NCBI GenBank assembly: GCA_951406725.2 | Contig: OX597820.1 | Location: 106,764,001 to 106,828,000 of the forward strand | DNA: 64,000 bases | Reading direction: 5' to 3' | From: Octopus vulgaris | Taxonomy: Eukaryota | Part shown: in pieces, positions 12,363-24,704 of the stretch | Position numbering within the stretch: position 1 is the first letter of the stretch | Layout: every line of letters begins with the position of its first letter | Notes under the pieces: model-generated | What the model saw: only the letters and a program-made list of their open reading frames with translations | Told to the model about the DNA's origin: nothing | The model's database searches: none | Program-made: the position numbers and the translations under genes

Positions 12363-14002
12363 CTAGCAGTATAGCCCGGCATTGCTCAGGATTAAGTTAG
12401 GATTATTAAGCTAATCAAGCTCTTTATTTCAAAGTAAACTAAGTAACATCAACATCAAATTTGAATGAAATCCGTTGAAATTGGTAAACTTTTGGCTGAA
12501 ATTTTGCAGACAATTTGATTGGGAAATCCCATAAGGAATCAGTTTATCGATTTTTTCCACTCATCGATTGCTTTTCTTTTTTTTTTTCGTTTTTGGAGAA
12601 CTTAAAGCAGTCATGAATCCTAAGAAATGCCGGCATCAAGTTTGAACAAAATACATCAAAACTGGTAGACATTATGGTTGAAAATGGGGTGTAACCAATT
12701 TTAGTGGGAAGTCCTATAAGGAATCGGTTTATCGATTTTTTTTTATCCTGATTAAATGGAAAACCCCATAAGGAAATAGTTTATTGATTTTTCACCCCAA
12801 ATAGGACTTAACCGAACATTGCTGATTCAAAAACATCTATATTTATACTTTAAAGTTGGTTTTCATATCCAACCCAGTTCTGCAGAATCAGTGTCGTGGC
12901 AGGGGCGCATGGGTTGGGAGTTTGATCGGCAGAGGTGATCAGGTTGCATATGCCAACCCTTTTGAAAACACCACCCCCATCATGTAACCCCACTTTGCCC
13001 ATGGGTTGAGAACCCTTCCAGCAAGAAAAATAGAACACCCAAAAGGGCCCCCCGATCCTCTGTGTGAGAAGCAGTTATGTTCAGATCACAACTAAGTATA
13101 TATATATATATGGGCAACACACACACACAAACATATACATACATACACCTATTGCATACATGTTTTTACACACCTTTGCCCCTGCCACTGTCGCACCACC
13201 ACCTCCTACTCGAGTAATACCAACAACTGAAACAAATTTGGCGCACGGAAATGTAACAGGAACAGAGAAGCCTCCTTCTCCCACAGAGATGTGAGAGTCT
13301 TATCTCTCCTTTCGAAAACATAAACAGTTTTGAAACATTGTTTACAAAATAATAGCTGATAGTTTGTGAAGGAGCGTGTCTACAGTCAACACGTAGGTCT
13401 TTTGCTCTGGTAACCTCTGCTCTCTCCCATGTTCATGCACGACCAGCTATATATCGCTATAAGTAGAGCAACGGATTCAGCTAAGTTGGAAATTAGTTGT
13501 GGAGAAATGGAGAATATTGTTTATATTGTATATATATATATGTACGGGCAACACACACACATTGCATACGTGTGTTTTGTATGCATACATGCTCGTGTGT
13601 GTGTGTGTGTGACTAAAGCCATACATACATACATAACAACACCTGTCTCTGTTTTTGCCCGTCAATCACTCAGTAAAAAGACGAAATTTTTAAAATTTGT
13701 TATATATATCTCTCTCTCTCTCCCTCTCTTTACACCGTCGCTAGGAGAGAACTTAACTCATGTTTGTAAACAATAATGGCGTCACTACAGTGGATTTCTC
13801 TGCCATGAAAACTGTTAGAAGTTATGGCTCAAAATTATTTACCGCTATTCGCGGGTACCTCGGGGGGAAATAATTTGACGAAAATACAGCTAGGATTGTG
13901 ACGAATGTCCTCCTAAAATTCGAGCAACATGCGTGCTAATTTGTGGATGTGCATAAACTACATTCAGGTACACACACACATCCAACCTTATATATATACA
14001 GA
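12363..14002 (-). mobile_element. Non-autonomous Helitron
   Basis: The minus-strand 3' end is CCTGAGCAATGCCGGGCTATACTGCTAG (same type as at 51820-51841). The 5' end TCTGTATATATATAAGG is near 14002. It has internal subrepeats and a PIF1 motif remnant, FMHDQLYIAISRA (13429-13490). Confidence 0.75.
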
Positions 14003-14515
14003 TACATAAATCATAAAGGCAGTTTTATACAGATTTGTTGCTGACCCAGTTCAGGCCAGCCTAAGTTTATTTTGTGATGGTACCAAACTGAGAATGGAAA
14101 GGTATCAAAACACACAAAATGTTATCAAATTTAAATATCAATATAAAAAATCCATAAACTTCTCTCACTCAAAAAGTTTCAAACTTAGGGAGTTTTGGGG
14201 ATAACAGATAAAATATTATTGACTGTACTATATTCAAAAATATAGCATGGAGAAACAAAAACAGGGGGTGATGGCAATTATAATAAAATAACCTTGATAT
14301 ACATGTCATGTTTATCAATAAATTGAAAAACATGAAACTTAAAGCAGTGTGTCAAAAGCAGGGTTTACTAATAATATACTTCTACAACAGCCACTGCCAG
14401 ATGTTACAGCTAAGTGTTCTGAATAGCATTAATGAAATCTCATTACAATAGCTTTATATTCTTTATATAAAATGCAAAGACAGTTTTCATTTAATTTTGA
14501 ACAGATGACAATCAT

Positions 14516-14617
14516 AAATAAAAGTAAATATATTCAAGACAGTCGCAAACTAAAAAATAAAAGTAAATATATTCAAGACAGTCGCAAACTAAAAAATAAA
14601 AGTAAATATATTCAAGA
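14516..14617. repeat. Tandem repeat, 39-bp unit x~2.6
   Basis: AAATAAAAGTAAATATATTCAAGACAGTCGCAAACTAAA is repeated directly. Confidence 0.9.
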
Positions 14618-15649
14618 AATTAATAAAGCATGCATAAAAAGAAATTATAAATTATGGTGGCCAAATAATCTAAACAGCCTTCTCGGAGGCAACACTTTTC
14701 ATAATTATTTTTTATCAACTAAAAATGAATTGATTCATGAATAAAATCCTCTGTTTTGTACTTAAGTAGTTTTTAACTCTTCAATTCTATAATTAGCTTC
14801 TCAGTAATATAGTTTTTTTTCCTAATTAGACATTTAATTTTTCCTCCTATTAATTTTCAGTAAAACTTAATAAACTCAGTTATTTGGGTACAATGGAGGA
14901 AAGTTCCATAACCTAACCTGAGGAAATATGATTTAGTAGGATTTAATCAGGAAAATGAGGGACAGTACCCATGACTTTTAAGTCTGTCTCCCACCCCACA
15001 TAGACTGGTGAGAGTGATGTGATTAATGAATATCAGCATGCCATCTTTGAAAATATAAGTATAATGTTGGCAGAGAAAGAATTCCAATGGGTTGTTGTTC
15101 TAGAAAGGAAGGACAATAAAGTATTCCATGCAGTGTCTAGGAGTTGAGACAGTAAGGGTGACAAGAAAAGGAGAGATGGCTGGAGCCAGATGAAAAGGAA
15201 ATGCATTTAGGCATTTCCAAGAGTAAACTATGTCAAGTGGTTGGCATTTGAAAGGGCAACAGGCTGTAGAAACTAAGCCAAAACAAACTATGGAATCTTG
15301 TGCACCCTTGCTCTTGCCAGTTTCTGTTAAGCCAACCCATACCAGCATAGAAAACAGATATTAAATAATGATGATGAGAGACATTGTAGTAGTAAAGGAT
15401 AAAGGAAACAACACAACTGCAAGTCAAGGATCTTAGTGTATTAGCATAAAAGCTTTTGCTAATCAGCCAAATGGCTATCAGCTGCTACCGAGAGCATTTG
15501 TGAGAGCATGTCTGACAGCAGTGATACTATGTAATGTATGTAAGTAGTACCTTAATACATGACAACAGCATTATCTGGTGTATATGAACAGTACCTCAAC
15601 ATAAGATATCTCAAAGAAGGACTTACTTGAGCTTTGTTGAATGACAGCA

Positions 15650-15836
15650 AGCCTTTTTGATACCAACCCATCTGACTTTTTGTTTTAAAATGATCTAGAT
15701 TAAAACTTTCCATCAAAATTTTTTCTTAATGGTGCTCGTAACACCAGCTTAATAATGATAATATTATTTTATATTATTAGATTCTTCGTTATTTTCAAAA
15801 TTAATTAAAACAGAAATATGGCAACAAAAAGGTTAA
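15650..15836. mobile_element. piggyBac-type MITE copy
   Basis: CCTTTTTGATACC...GGCAACAAAAAGG|TTAA, same family as the copies at 21530 and 49292. Confidence 0.6.
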
Positions 15837-15865
15837 TAATGACATCAAACTCAGCCCATAGAGCT

Positions 15866-16119
15866 TGTAGCGGCACAAGCAGTTAGCACCATATTGGATG
15901 AAATCCCACGGCAGATACAAGAGGCACACAGTTTGAGATGGTAAACTGAGAGCAACACACTTCATCTAATCTGTTTAACTTGTAAATAAACTGGTTGTGA
16001 ATTGCATTTTTACTTAAGACTTCTTTCTTCGCCTGCTGGAGCCTAAAATGACACAAAGAACAATTTTTATGGGGGAAGGCGATATTCATCCAATATCGTG
16101 AACTTTGCCACCCATTATA
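15866..16119 (+). repeat. 5' LTR (about 220 bp shorter than the 3' LTR)
   Basis: Direct repeat of both ends of 20740-21212, with the middle missing. Confidence 0.9.
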
Positions 16120-16539
16120 AAATGGTGACCCAGAATGTGTAAAGGATCTCCGGCAGCCGAAAGGAGCAATAGAATGCCAGAAGAATCAACTCAACTTCCA
16201 GCCATCATTCCTGTCTGCCGCCAAATTTGAATTGCCCTACATAGGACAGGACATTACCAGTTCAACGCCATTTTCTGGTGACTTTTTCAACTGACAAAAA
16301 AGAAAAAGAAAGAAAATTTATTGGTGCAAGCACACACATACAAACACAGTGTTTTTGGTATTTTTTTTGTTTTCTTTCAGCACAAAAACAGGTTTGGTGA
16401 CAAAATTTTTTTTCTTGTCTGTGCATACAGTACACAATTCAATAAATTTTGCTCAGAAATTTTTTTCTTCTCGCACACGCACTGTTATTTCCAACAACAC
16501 TTTTTGGTGCTTTTCTTTTTCTCCTCTAACAGAAAAAAA

Positions 16540-19500
16540 ATGAGTTTACCTAATCTTCCCTCTTTCACTGGTGACGTCATGCTTGGTTTGCACAGTTGGA
16601 GGCGTATTTTGCGGCACATGCGGTGCCTTCACAGCGGCAATTAAATCTTCTTTTGTAGCATACCTGCACCACTCGCTACTTCAGTCAGAGATCTCATCAC
16701 TGATCCTCGTCCGGATGCAACTTACGAGGTAGTCAAATCCGAGGTTCTCTGACAGAACACTAAATCTGTGGAGCCTAAGTTTAAGCAGCTAATGCAAAAT
16801 GAGGAGCTAGGAGACAAGATGCCGTCTCAATTTTTATGGCATCTACGCAAGCTCAGCGACACAGCTGAGGATAGCTCGCTCTTACAGAAGCTTTTCTTCT
16901 CCTGGCTACCTCCCAATGTACAAACCATTTTAGCCACAGCAGTTGATACCAACACCATGGATCAACTAGCTACCATGGCTGATAAAATTTTAGAGTTTGC
17001 TATCCAACCAGCACCTTGCCTGTCTACTCCTGCTCAGAGGATTCCTCCACTGCATCTTCCTCATCACATGATGATATTTTGGAGAAACTTGCTTCTTTAA
17101 CACGCCGAATGGACGTGCTTTGGGAGGGCACTTCAATCTTCACACTGTCTTAGTCAAAGCCAGTCCTGTTCATGCTCAACTGATTCCTTTACATCTAGTT
17201 CCAGTCTTCATTGGTACCATGCCAGGTATCAGCATAAAGCCCATAAATGCATTCAGCCTTGTTCTTTCCAGTCATCAGGAAACGAACTGTGGGGGGCTTG
17301 AGCACATCCAGCACTTCTGGCCAATCCAACTCAAATTGTGCATTTTTTGTGAAGGACCACGTGTCTAGTGAGGTGTTTATGGTTGACACGGGTTTTAGTT
17401 GCTCTATTTGGTCTTTGCATCTCACTACAGACAAGCCAAAGCTCTCAGAGATTGTTCTCCCATTGCGACTTACGGTCAAGTTTCCTTACATATTGACATT
17501 AATCTTTGCCAGGATTTTAGGTGGATTTTTGTCATAGCTGATCTGGGTGTGGAGTTTTTGAACAATTTTAATCTATTGGTAGATGTCAGGCGACAGAGAC
17601 TTGTCAATGGTTCTACATCTTTGTCTACACCTGCAAAGGCTGCAACCAATGCTGTTCTCAGTCCTTCTTTTTTGTTGCCACTGCTGGTGATGCATTTCCT
17701 TTACTCTTAGCTTCTTTCCCAGAGCTGGTGGATCAGCTATTCCAAACGGTGAAACCTACTCACTTGACCCTCCACTATATTACCACCACTGGGCCACCTG
17801 TTTTTTCACGCCTGCAGCGACTTGCTCCTGACCGTCTTAAGAAGGCTAGGTCTGAGTTTAAGCATATGCTCCAGGTTGGCCTTATTCACCCTTCCACCAG
17901 CCCTTGGGCATCTCCCCTTCATTTGGCATCAAAAGGGGGTTCTGATTTTCGCCCGGTGGGGGATTATAGACATTTGAATGCGGTTACTGTTCCCCATCAC
18001 TATCCCATAAGAAATCTCCAGGACTTCTCCTCCAATTTGCATGGTTGTACTATTTTTTTTCTAAGATCGACCTTGTTCGTGCCTATCATCAAATACCAAT
18101 TATCCTGAGGACATACCAAAAACTCCCATCACTACTCCCTTTGGCAGCTTTGAGTTTCTTTTTATGCGCTTCAGTCTGTGGAACGCCACAAGCACGTTCC
18201 AAAGATTTATCGACAAAGTTGTCAGTGGACTTGATTTTGTGTTCGCTTACGTTGATGACATACTCATTGCAAGCGACATGCGTGAGAATCACCTCCAACA
18301 CTTAAATCAACTCTTGCAGCGTCTCTGCACCTACAATGTGCAAATCAATCCTGATAAGTGTTTTTGGGCAGTCTTCTCTGGAATTTCTGGGGTATTATAT
18401 CGACTCAAATGGTATCAGACCTCTCTCTTCCAAAGTCGATGCAATTCAGTGCATCACACCCCACCACTTCACTACACCAACTCAGTTACTTTTTGGGAGT
18501 TGTCAACTTCTGCAGACACTTCATTCATGATTGTGCAGACAAGATACTTCCCTTAACTCAGCTACTGAAAGCCAATACAAAAAAGAATTCTCCTATTACT
18601 TGCCGAGGCGTTATCTGCTTTTGAGTCAATCAAGAACGAAATAGCTTCTGTCCGTTTGCTTGCACATCTGGTTCCCGATGTTCCTCTCTCTTTAACTGTT
18701 GATGCATCGGATTCTGCAGTTGGTGCTGTTTTGCAGCACACCGTAGACAATCAGACTAAAACTTTGGCATTTTTTTCTTTCAATTAAAGCCAACTGAACG
18801 TTGGTCCAGTACGTTTGATCGTGCGCTCTTGGCAATCTACCTGTCAGCTCGTCATTTTCAACATCAACTCAAGGGCTGAGATTTTGTGATTTATACTGAT
18901 CACAAGCCTCTTACATTTGCTCTATCATCTAAATTGGACAAACACTCGCCTCATGCTTTTCATCACCTGGACTACGTTTCCCAGTTCACGAGTGGCATTC
19001 GGCACATACCTGGAACAGAGAACGTGCCTGCTGACACACACTCTCATCTTCCTGTGTGCTCCCTTTCATTTCCAGCTGCAATCGATTTAACTGCCATTAT
19101 GCAGGATCAGCCAGCTCTGGACACATTGGATTTAGTTTCTACCAAGTTGTCCTGTTGCAAGTTTGCCTATCTCCCACTTACGATAGCTGAAGGCACCATT
19201 CTTTGACACAGCTACTAGTTCTCCCAGACCATTTGTACCTGAGAACCACCAGTGCTCTGTTGTTGATGCTTTGCATTCATTGTCACATCCTGGCGTCACT
19301 TCCTCGGTGAAGCTTATTACGGCTCGATTTTTCTGGCCTAATATGCACCAGATGATCACCGATTGGGCATGCTCTTGTGTAAAATGCCAGCATTCTAAAA
19401 TCCACAGGCATATTCCTCTGTCATGGCCTTGAGGACAATGATGATTAGGAGGAGATTGAGAACCAAGCCCTGGTGAATGTCTACCTGTACACTAAATTTG

Positions 19501-20490
19501 TCACTGTACACATGGAGAGTCGCTTTCGCCACGTCCACATTGATCTGGTTGGACCATGGCCTGTCAGCCGTGGTTTCTCTTACACATTGACATGCATCGA
19601 TTGTTTCTCATTGGCCAGAGGCCATTGCAATAGTGGACATTTCCGCTGAGTCAGTTACTCAAGCTTTCGTTTCTAAGTGGATTGCTTGCTTTGGTGTCCC
19701 AGCTAAAATAACCACTGATCATGGACACCAATTTGAGGCTTCCCTATTTCATGAATTATCACGAATCCTAGGGGTTCATCACATTCATATGACCAGCTAC
19801 CACCCAACCTCCAACAGGATAGTCGAACGTTTTCACAGGCAACTGAAGGCCGTTCTACATGCCACTCCTGATCCGCAGTCTTGGACAGAATTCCTGCCTA
19901 TTGTTCTTCTCGGTTGTTGCACTGCTGTTAAAACAGACTTAGATTTCTCCTCTGCTGAACTCCTTTATAGTACCACCCTGGCACTCCCTAGTACAATGTT
20001 AGCGCCAGACAACGCATTGCCACCTGATCCAATGTCGTATGTCACCAGACTTCGCTCATATTTCTCAAGTCTTCCACCCATGCATCTGCATGACCAATCT
20101 ATTCCCTCTCACGTCCCACCAGACATTGACAAATGGACTCATGTTTTTGGTCGGGATGATTCTGTCAGAGGACCTCTCGGTTCTCCTTATAAGGGACCGT
20201 TTCGTGTGCTATCACACACACCCAAAACTTTTAGTCTCGACATCAATGGTCAGGCAGAGACCATGTCAGTCGACAGACTTAAAAGGGCACATTTTGCGAT
20301 GTCCACATCCTTCAATGACACCCCAAACATACCCACCTTTGATCCTTTACAACCACCTGCACCTTTGACCACACCATCACCTACATCTCCACCTTCGTTG
20401 CCACTACCTAACATGAATAAACCCTATGTCACCAGGACTGGCTGCACTGTGCATTGGCTTAAAAAACTCACTAAAACTATTTATATCTGA
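16540..20490 (+). pseudogene. Gypsy gag-pol, frameshifted
   Basis: ORF fragments: 16768-17100 (gag), 17247-17710 (PR), 17728-18624 (RT), 18886-19206 (RH) and 19633-20490 (IN). Confidence 0.9.
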
Positions 20491-20739
20491 CAATCTCTTT
20501 TGTGTTTCCTGTGACAGACAACTGCTTTCTTGTGTTACTGGACAATTCCAATACTCTGCCAATTAACATTTTGCCAAATTTTGTGCATGCTAATTTATAT
20601 TTCTTGCAATTATTTTTCTATTTGACTTTCACATTTTTGTACCATATCTTGTTGGTTGCAATCAGTTACCATCTTTGCTCTTTCTTGTGCCTGCTCCAAT
20701 TATTCTGTTTTCGCACTGCTGTTCTCAGGGGGGAGCCCT

Positions 20740-21212
20740 TGTTGCAGCACAAGCAGTCAGCGCCATATTGGATGAGATCTCACAGCAGCCATTGCCATCT
20801 CCGAGACTTGAGCGAGACCTCACCTGCATCCATTTGTCATGCATGAGATCACAACTAGGTTCGTGATGGCAAACTGGATATAAGGGCCCAACAAATAGAT
20901 TCTATATCTTCTTCACCGCAAGTTCTTGCTGAACACACTTCGCTGGCTGGGTCTCCAGGCTAGTCCTGTCTGCATGTCGTATCTCTAAAGGCAATGGGCC
21001 CGCGATACCACAAGATGCACACAGTTTGAGATGGAATACTGAAAGCAACACACTTCATCTATTCTGTGTAACTTGTAAATAAACTGGTTGTGAATTGCAT
21101 TTTTACTTAAGACTTCTTTCCATGCCTGCTGGAGCCTGAAACAACACAAAGAACAATTTTTATGGGGGAAGGCGATATTCATCCGATATCGTGAACCTTT
21201 CCACCCATTATA
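20740..21212 (+). repeat. 3' LTR
   Basis: Follows the polypurine tract, ends CCCATTATA, and is followed by the TSD AGCT. Confidence 0.9.
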
Positions 21213-21529
21213 AGCTCCTCTCCTCAATGACTTTAAGGTCACACTGACATCTTCCTGTTGATGCAAGCAACTCAAAGAGGTTTAAAGTGTTCAGTCCAAA
21301 TATTTAGTATTGACTTTTAATTTAAATCTCAAAATGGTGAGCTAGCACAGGTGATATTGTTTTAGCCCCTGCTCTGTTAAGCTCTGTTTAAAACATTCTT
21401 AACCTTCTTAATATTGTATTAACCTAGTTGCCCTCAGTTTTTGTTCTCATTCACATCTTTTCTAGTTTCTGTTTAATCAGCTAAAGATATCTACTTAATA
21501 TATTTCTTTGTCCAAATTCTCCATCATTA

Positions 21530-21750
21530 TTAACCATTTTGTTACCAGATTTCTGTTGAAATACACTGGCTTTGTTTCAATTAATTTTGAAAATTATGAA
21601 ACATTTAGTAAAATAACTTTTTCATTATTGAGCTTTAGGAACATAAGTGACATAAAATTTTGCTGGAAAGTTTTAATTTAGTTTAAAACAGGAAGCTTGT
21701 ATCACAGAACTACAGTTAGTTTAAACAAGTTTAGTATCAAAACTGGTTAA
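21530..21750. mobile_element. piggyBac-type MITE copy
   Basis: TTAA|CCATTTTGTTACC...AGTATCAAAACTGG|TTAA: imperfect TIRs with TTAA flanks. Confidence 0.65.
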
Positions 21751-22084
21751 AACATTAAGGACAATAATCATGATGAAGATGAAATACAACTGTTTTCATT
21801 TGTCTTTATTTGTTTATGTATTTTTGAGGATTTTGGGGGGGAACAGATGTAGAAGAGTCTGTGTACACATGCACATACATGTCAGTGTTCTGATGATAAT
21901 TATAAATATTGCACAATTTAGTTTCTTTTTTACTGCAGTCTTATGGCCTTGTATTTAATTTATATGGTTTAGAGACGTTTTTTTCCTCTCTTTATTAACT
22001 CTTCTATCTAAGCTATTCAACGAGCATATTGTATGTTGTGCAATATGATCACTTTTTTACAATACACACCATTAACTTTTCACC

Positions 22085-22330
22085 CAACATGAATACCTAT
22101 TTCTTTACTACCCACAAGGGGCTAAACACAGAGGGGACAAACAAGGACAGACATAGGTATTAAGTCGATTACATCGACCCCAGTGCCTAACTGGTGCTTA
22201 TTTAATCGACCCCGAAAGGATGAAAGGCAAAGTCGACCTCGGCGGAATTTGAACTCACAACGTAACGGCAGACGAAATACAGTTACGCATTTCGCCCGGC
22301 GTGCTAACGTTTCTGCCAGCTCGCCACCTT
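22085..22330 (-). mobile_element. tRNA-derived SINE (Nin/Deu-like domain), young CpG-rich copy
   Basis: The minus strand reads GGTGGCGAGCTGGCAGAA..GTTCAAATTCCGCCGAGGTCGACTTTGCCTTTCATCCTTTCGGGGTCGAT. Confidence 0.8.
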
Positions 22331-23538
22331 AGCTAAGCTGCTGGCCCAGAGCTCAGTTTCTGCCTTGTTAGGCTTTGTTAGTAGCATATACTCCAATAAA
22401 GCAGAAATGTACATTTAGTATTTTCACTGCTGCTACTGATATACAAGTGTTTTTAAAGCCAGTATGTCCATAAGAGATATTATCTCCAGATGAATACTGC
22501 AGTTAATTTACCTTTCATGATGCATGTGCATTAAGTATGATAAACAAATGGCTGTTTTAATCTAATACTGCTTTTGTCGCCCATAATACACACGCACATA
22601 AACATATGTAAGTGTGTGTATATATACATCACACACACAAATGCACGAGAAACTGACTTCCTCAAATAACCTGCAAGTTTTCTGAAAGTAATAGATAATT
22701 TTTGCTTCCTACGTAATAAAAAAATATTTTTCCGCTTTTATTCTGTTGTTACTGTTGTTGGAATTATTATTGTGATATTACTTTTGTATTTGTTCGTATC
22801 ACTACAACTTAATGTATCACTCAGAATCTAATAAATTGATAGGTGAAATGTTATGTACAGCGTATCTCTGAGGTAATTCAGAAAAGTTCGGCAGTGCTTG
22901 AGCGCATTCCACCCGATAAAGCGCCCGCACACGGGTGTTGTTGAAAAATATTCAATTATATAGTAATTATAAAGACTAATATTGCATAATCGTATACGAA
23001 TATAAACTCAGCAAATTAAAACTGATGTCCGGTGCAGAAACAAATATTGTGATCTACTATTAAAGCCTGGTATCATCATGTTACATTAGTCTTTTATATA
23101 TACACACACATACATACATAGAAACATGTAAACATACGTACGAAGATATAGAGAAAATGAACACTAGGCGTATTTTATCTGAAGTCTTTTTGTAAATCTT
23201 CTTTCTTGAAAATACACCGCATAATAAAAACGATAGACAATTAGATAGATAGACAGACAGACAAATACGAATACAGAGAGTGTATATGTGGGTGACTGTA
23301 AAAAAACAGTACAGCAAATTGAAACATTGTTTTTCCTATTGATAAACGTTTACTATAATTAATAAAAGTCATCACTTTTTACGGTACACAATTACTGTGA
23401 TATATATGAGAGAGAGAAAATGTTATATTAAATCTCTGAGCGAGATATAGATATATATATATATATCATTGGACTGAAATATATAAGAGAAGAGAATGTT
23501 ATTTGTTGTGAAAGCAAAAAAGTAAACTGCGTCCTTAC

Positions 23539-23803
23539 CTTCATGGTGATCTTCCACGACATAAACAGGCAATTCGCGGGGTAGGACATTGTGTTTCTCT
23601 TTCAAGTGAGCCACCAATAAACTTGCATTGTTTTTGTTTCCCTTCTTGACTTTATGGGGAAAATGTTTTTTCTGGAGTCGGAACACAGACCGAGAAGACT
23701 TACTAGATCTTAAGAGAGCAGCATAAACAACCACTACACCACACAGGACAAGAAGTAGAAAAAACGACCCTACAGCTCGCCTTCGAAGGCGGCAGATTTT
23801 CAT
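23539..23803 (-). CDS. First coding exon of UPF0489/C5orf22-family protein with N-terminal signal anchor
   Basis: MKICRLRRRAVGSFFLLLVLCGVVVVYAALL...LPVYVVEDHHE, then donor G|GTAAGG. LPV-x-VVEDH-x-E is the conserved start of the C5orf22/UPF0489 domain. An in-frame ATG at 23815 is an alternative start. Confidence 0.8.
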
Positions 23804-24079
23804 GTTACAAAACATATATTTACAATAGGTAATGTGTCGGCAAAAAAAATTTGAAGCAGAACTCCTGCTGTCCTGATTTGATATAAACATATACTTTTAG
23901 AAAGCACTTTTTTCTCGTTAGCCGACGCTTCGATTGTCGATGTAAAATTCATTGACAATCCAGTACTAAAAATCAATGCTGAACAAAACAAATGACTAAT
24001 GCAGAGAACATGAAGAGTACTGCCTCGGTTTGTTGTGGTAGCAAAAGGTAGCCACCCCAATTAACAATGGTGACAAATG

Positions 24080-24270
24080 AGTGACCGCATTTTGCCGGAA
24101 AACGGTTTACCTTTGTTAATTTCAGTTTAACGACAGTCGTGCATCGTCTTACCGTAAAACGTCAAATCGCTGGAACTCGTCGGAATGACACACCTTGCTT
24201 ATTCACACTTATTTAAAAGGTAACCGGAGTTTGAATGAGCGGCCTTCAAGCGTGGCAGGGTGATGGAAGA
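24080..24270 (-). promoter_or_regulatory. Probable promoter / non-coding first exon of the UPF0489-family gene
   Basis: CpG-retaining unique sequence. There is a minus-strand donor CG|GTAAGA at 24153/24152 and a candidate acceptor TTTGTTTTGTTCAG at 23979. Confidence 0.45.
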
Positions 24271-24657
24271 GCTATCTCTATATCATATATAACGGGAAAG
24301 AATTGATAAAGTTTTTATTCTCTAGTGTTCCTGTATATCTCACAATGGTGATTGCCATCCTAAATTTTTTTTCCCAACCAAAATACTTCGATTTTTATAC
24401 ATTTTTGCTATTCACTTCCGTCCCACCAATTTCGTATCCTTTTCTTTTTTTCATGACATTGTAATAGCTATTCCAAAAGAAATTATTATTTGGTTTCAAA
24501 TGGAAAACAGAATCGGGTTGTAGTATAGCCATGTTTACTTCTTAATTTAAGCCACTCACTTACTCTTAATTAGAATAGAACTACTTGGTGCTTATCATTA
24601 GTATTCATAATTTAATCAAAACTGTTTATTTTAAAATTGGTATTGTTCAAAGAAGGC

Positions 24658-24698
<41 letters not shown>

Positions 24699-24704
<6 letters not shown>

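Larger units (their letters stand above)
15866..21212 (+). mobile_element. Full-length but degenerate Ty3/Gypsy LTR retrotransposon, CsRN1-like
   Basis: LTRs at 15866-16119 and 20740-21212 with an AGCT TSD on both sides. PBS TGGTGACCC (tRNA-Trp) at ~16123 and PPT AGGGGGGAG at ~20727. Gag has a CHCC-type remnant xWYH-x9-C-x3-C (~17210-17265). Pol motifs in PR-RT-RH-IN order: protease VDTG, RT YVDD, RNase H DAS/YTDHKPL, integrase HIDLVGP/TTDHG/VERFHRQLK. Many frameshifts. Confidence 0.95.
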
